Source: Hemiscyllium ocellatum (taxonomy: Eukaryota). From it: a DNA stretch of 64,000 nt. Below, piece by piece: positions 61,405 to 64,000 of the stretch. The number at the start of each line of letters is the position of its first letter. The first letter of the stretch is position 1. The stretch spans positions 94,423,740 to 94,487,739 of the forward strand of contig NC_083401.1 of the NCBI RefSeq assembly GCF_020745735.1, in the 5' to 3' direction. The notes beneath the pieces are model-generated. The model did no database searches, was not told the origin of the DNA, and worked only from the letters and a program-made list of their open reading frames with translations. The position numbers and the translations under genes are program-made.

Positions 61405-62560
61405 ATCTCATTCGACGTGACGGCACTGTTCACTTCGATTGACAAAACCCTAGCCAGAGAAACAATAGCCAACCTACTGGACATACAGAACAGAAAACAG
61501 GAGGCGGAACCTATCAACAAAGATGGCATACTTAAACTACTGGACTTGTGCCTCACTACACACTTTACATTCAACAATCAGATATATGAACAAATCAACG
61601 GAACACCCATGGGATCACCAATCTCGGGACTCATAGCAGAGGCAGTTATGCAAAGGTTAGAACAAACAGCCCTACCACAAATTCAACCCAAACTCGGAGT
61701 CAGATATGTCGATGACACGTTTGTAATCATCAAAAACACGGAAATAGAAAAAACACACCGGATCATCAACGCCACACTCACAGGAATCCGATTCACAAGA
61801 GAAGAAGTAAAGGATAGCCAACTCCCATTCCTAGACGTGATAGTACAGAGAACACCGAACGGAGAATTCACCACAAGGGTACACAGGAAAACAACACACA
61901 CAGACCAAGTCCTAAACTATGAAAGTAACCACCCCAACACACACAAACGAAGCTGCATCAGGACACTATTCAAAAGAGCCACAACACACTGCAGTACACC
62001 AGAACTGCGAAAAGAGGAAGAGGAACACCTATACAAGGTATTCGCCAAAAACGGATACCCGCGCAACTTTATCAACAGATGCCTAAGAGATAGACCACAG
62101 AACGAAGAAATGCCACAACCAAAAGGACTAGCCAAACTACCATACATCATGAGCGTTTCAGAACTGACAGCCAGATTACTGCGACCCTTAGGACTCATAA
62201 CGGCACACAAACCAACAGCCACGCTCAGACAACAACTCACTAGAACAAAGGAGCCGATACCCAACATGAGCAAAACTAATGTAGTTTACAAAATACCATG
62301 CAAGGACTGCACAAAACACTATATAGGACAAACAGGAAGACAGCTAACAATCGCATACATGAACATCAACTAGCCACGAAACGACACGACCAGCTATCCC
62401 TAGTAGCCACACACTCAGACAACAAGCAACATAAATTTGACTGGGAAAACACTACTATCATAGGGCAAGCCAGACAGAGAACAGCCAGGGAATTCCTAGA
62501 GGCATGGCATTCATCCACAAACGCCATCAACAAATACATCGACCTGGACCCAATATACCA
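61405..62560 (+). pseudogene. Truncated Penelope RT + GIY-YIG endonuclease ORF with a 1-nt frameshift near 62351
   Basis: Motifs [75 protein letters not shown] lacks one C relative to ACAATCCGCATAC in the other three arms; the frame continues RIHEH...REFLEAWHS. Confidence 0.92.
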
Positions 62561-62664
62561 ACCACTACAACGGACAGCTGAAACTGACACCCGGAAGCGG
62601 CAAGGACAGACCACTATAAATACCAGAAGAAACATCAAAGAAGCGCTTCGCAGGAGGCTCCAGA

Positions 62665-62704
62665 GCACTGATGATGTCTCCTAGCCAGGGGACGAAACGT
62701 TTGC
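62665..62704 (+). ncRNA. Minimal type I hammerhead ribozyme (Poseidon-type family B)
   Basis: GCA-CTGATGA-T-GTCTCCT-AGCC-AGGGGAC-GAAA-CG-TT/TGC. Stem I GCA:TGC, 7-bp stem II, palindromic ACGT, predicted cut after T62701. Confidence 0.85.
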
Positions 62705-63172
62705 AACAAAAACTTCCAGCTCGGCAAACAGAACCACAACAATGAGCACCCGAGCTACAAATCTTCGCACAAACGTTGTCAATATGTCCATGGAGACAGC
62801 TAAACACTCACATACCTGAGGTAGCAGGGAATCAATGCCTTTGCTACAGTGCTGCAGCCACTGTGTCAGGATGCCCAGTGCTCCCAGGATACCTGCCTGC
62901 TGCCCCTGAGTCTGCTTGTGCTTTTTGTAATGCAGCCCCTGATTACCAACCTCTTCATAGAGCTTCTTTCTGGACCAGCTTTCTGAGATGTGCCAGTGGA
63001 ATGCTCACCAGAAGGTGCTCCTAACTTGAATTCAGCTATTGATATTGTACATCTCTGCAGGGCCAGTCCTAGCCTTTGCCAGCAAGACTAAGATCCTCTC
63101 CTTATAGTGGATGAGGAGCAGAATATTGGGCACCCAAGTACCTGTTCTGGCTCTATTTATGGCCATTTAGTC

Positions 63173-63387
63173 CTATAATTAGATAAAGGGAGAACTGAGT
63201 GAGGTGGAAGTGGGTGCACAGCTGTTAGGTGTGGACAATAGGTGACAAGGTGTTTCAAGTGAGTCAGTAGACAATGCAGAGTGCATGCAGGATTACTGTT
63301 GTGGATGGATGGGTTGGATAGGAACATATGAGGGAAGTTGTGCCACCCACTTCCACCTCATTCAGTTCTCCCTTAGTCTAATTATAG
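63173..63387. repeat. ~51-bp inverted repeat (63173-63223 / 63336-63387)
   Basis: CTATAATTAGATAAAGGGAGAACTGAGTGAGGTGGAAGTGGGTGCACAGCT and its near reverse complement. Confidence 0.88.
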
Positions 63388-63480
63388 AGCATGAAATTTG
63401 TGAGAGTGTGCTGTAACAAGGAAAGAGTGAGTGTGCGACATAGGAGTGTACACTCTTGCTGCACTGTTGAGTGTTCCTCC

Positions 63481-63714
63481 TGAAATAACTTCACAGAGAT
63501 CAGTATCCCATCATTAAATCACCTTTATTTACATGTGGAAAGTCTTTGATGCTGATCCAGCTCCCTTGAAGCCAGCTCTCAGACTATCAAAATGTCTTTC
63601 ACTCCTGTTTATATCTGTCAACCAGGACTCCCTCATTGGACCAGATTAATAGCTCCAGTCAGGGAACTCGTATTCTGAGAGGTCCACTTGGCTGACACCA
63701 TTACAATCCCAACA
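63481..63714 (-). mobile_element. Solo LTR, same family as 12686-12921
   Basis: Reverse complement similarity; TGAAATAAC at the left end. Confidence 0.8.
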
Positions 63715-64000
63715 CAATCGTGTATGATAGCAGAATGCCAGCACTTGCTGGGATGCACCAAGCGCATTGTTAAGATTATGGTGGCACCAGGGATGTCAAT
63801 CTATTTTGAGATATTCAGGCAGTGATGAGAACCTCTGCCTATGCTGAGTGGGAGAATTGGGCTAGCATCAGACAAGGTAAGGTATGTAATTATTGGGACA
63901 ATTGCATGAAAAAAAACTGCTCATCCTTGCTGAGAAAAACCATACATGAAACATAGTGAAAATGACAACCAAAATAGGGCAAGGTTAATCACATTGTTTT

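Larger units (their letters stand above)
60782..62774 (+). mobile_element. Penelope-like retroelement (Penelope/Poseidon type), 5'-truncated, with inverted arm; 13-bp TSD
   Basis: + arm 61405-62774 encodes RT and GIY-YIG endonuclease. Inverted arm 60782-61404 is the reverse complement of ~62120-62742. TSD GTTGTCAATATGT at 60769-60781 and 62775-62787. Confidence 0.95.

Noticed and set aside
59965-63130. GC-richer flanks of the large PLE (and similar tracts near 9715-10190, 31735-32370, 50240-50700) as Harbinger-type transposon remnants
   Set aside because: No TIR, TSD or transposase motif could be verified by eye
1-64000. CRISPR arrays, operons or other prokaryotic systems
   Set aside because: The sequence is vertebrate intron/exon DNA, and the repeats are dispersed retroelements rather than regularly spaced arrays

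Overview
This is eukaryotic, repeat-dense vertebrate DNA. The HE1/V-SINE and CR1 content points to an elasmobranch (shark). The whole window lies inside one + strand gene. Eight internal GT-AG coding exons (5594-5705, 15407-15481, 27046-27134, 31091-31253, 32478-32561, 34204-34268, 54210-54287, 56619-56679) splice in phase into 242 stop-free codons of a CNBD2-like cyclic nucleotide-binding-domain protein. The start and stop codons lie outside the window, and the ORF track misses most of these exons. The introns hold CR1, L2-like and Rex1 LINE fragments, HE1 and other SINEs, a decayed Ty3/Gypsy element, solo LTRs and a MITE. The most striking signal is a set of Penelope-like retroelements (PLEs) from three unrelated families, each carrying a minimal hammerhead ribozyme (CTGATGA-N-stem-GAAA with palindromic ACGT/AGCT). 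Nine PLE insertions share one architecture: an 11-16 bp target-site duplication (TSD), two inverted arms, and one arm stopping 31-41 nt short of the other's 3' end. They range from 1.4-2 kb coding copies down to ~200-bp non-coding ribozyme hairpins whose fold-back point falls at the ribozyme. One has captured 338 bp of adjacent host DNA in inverted orientation. All coordinates were read by eye and no database searches were run.
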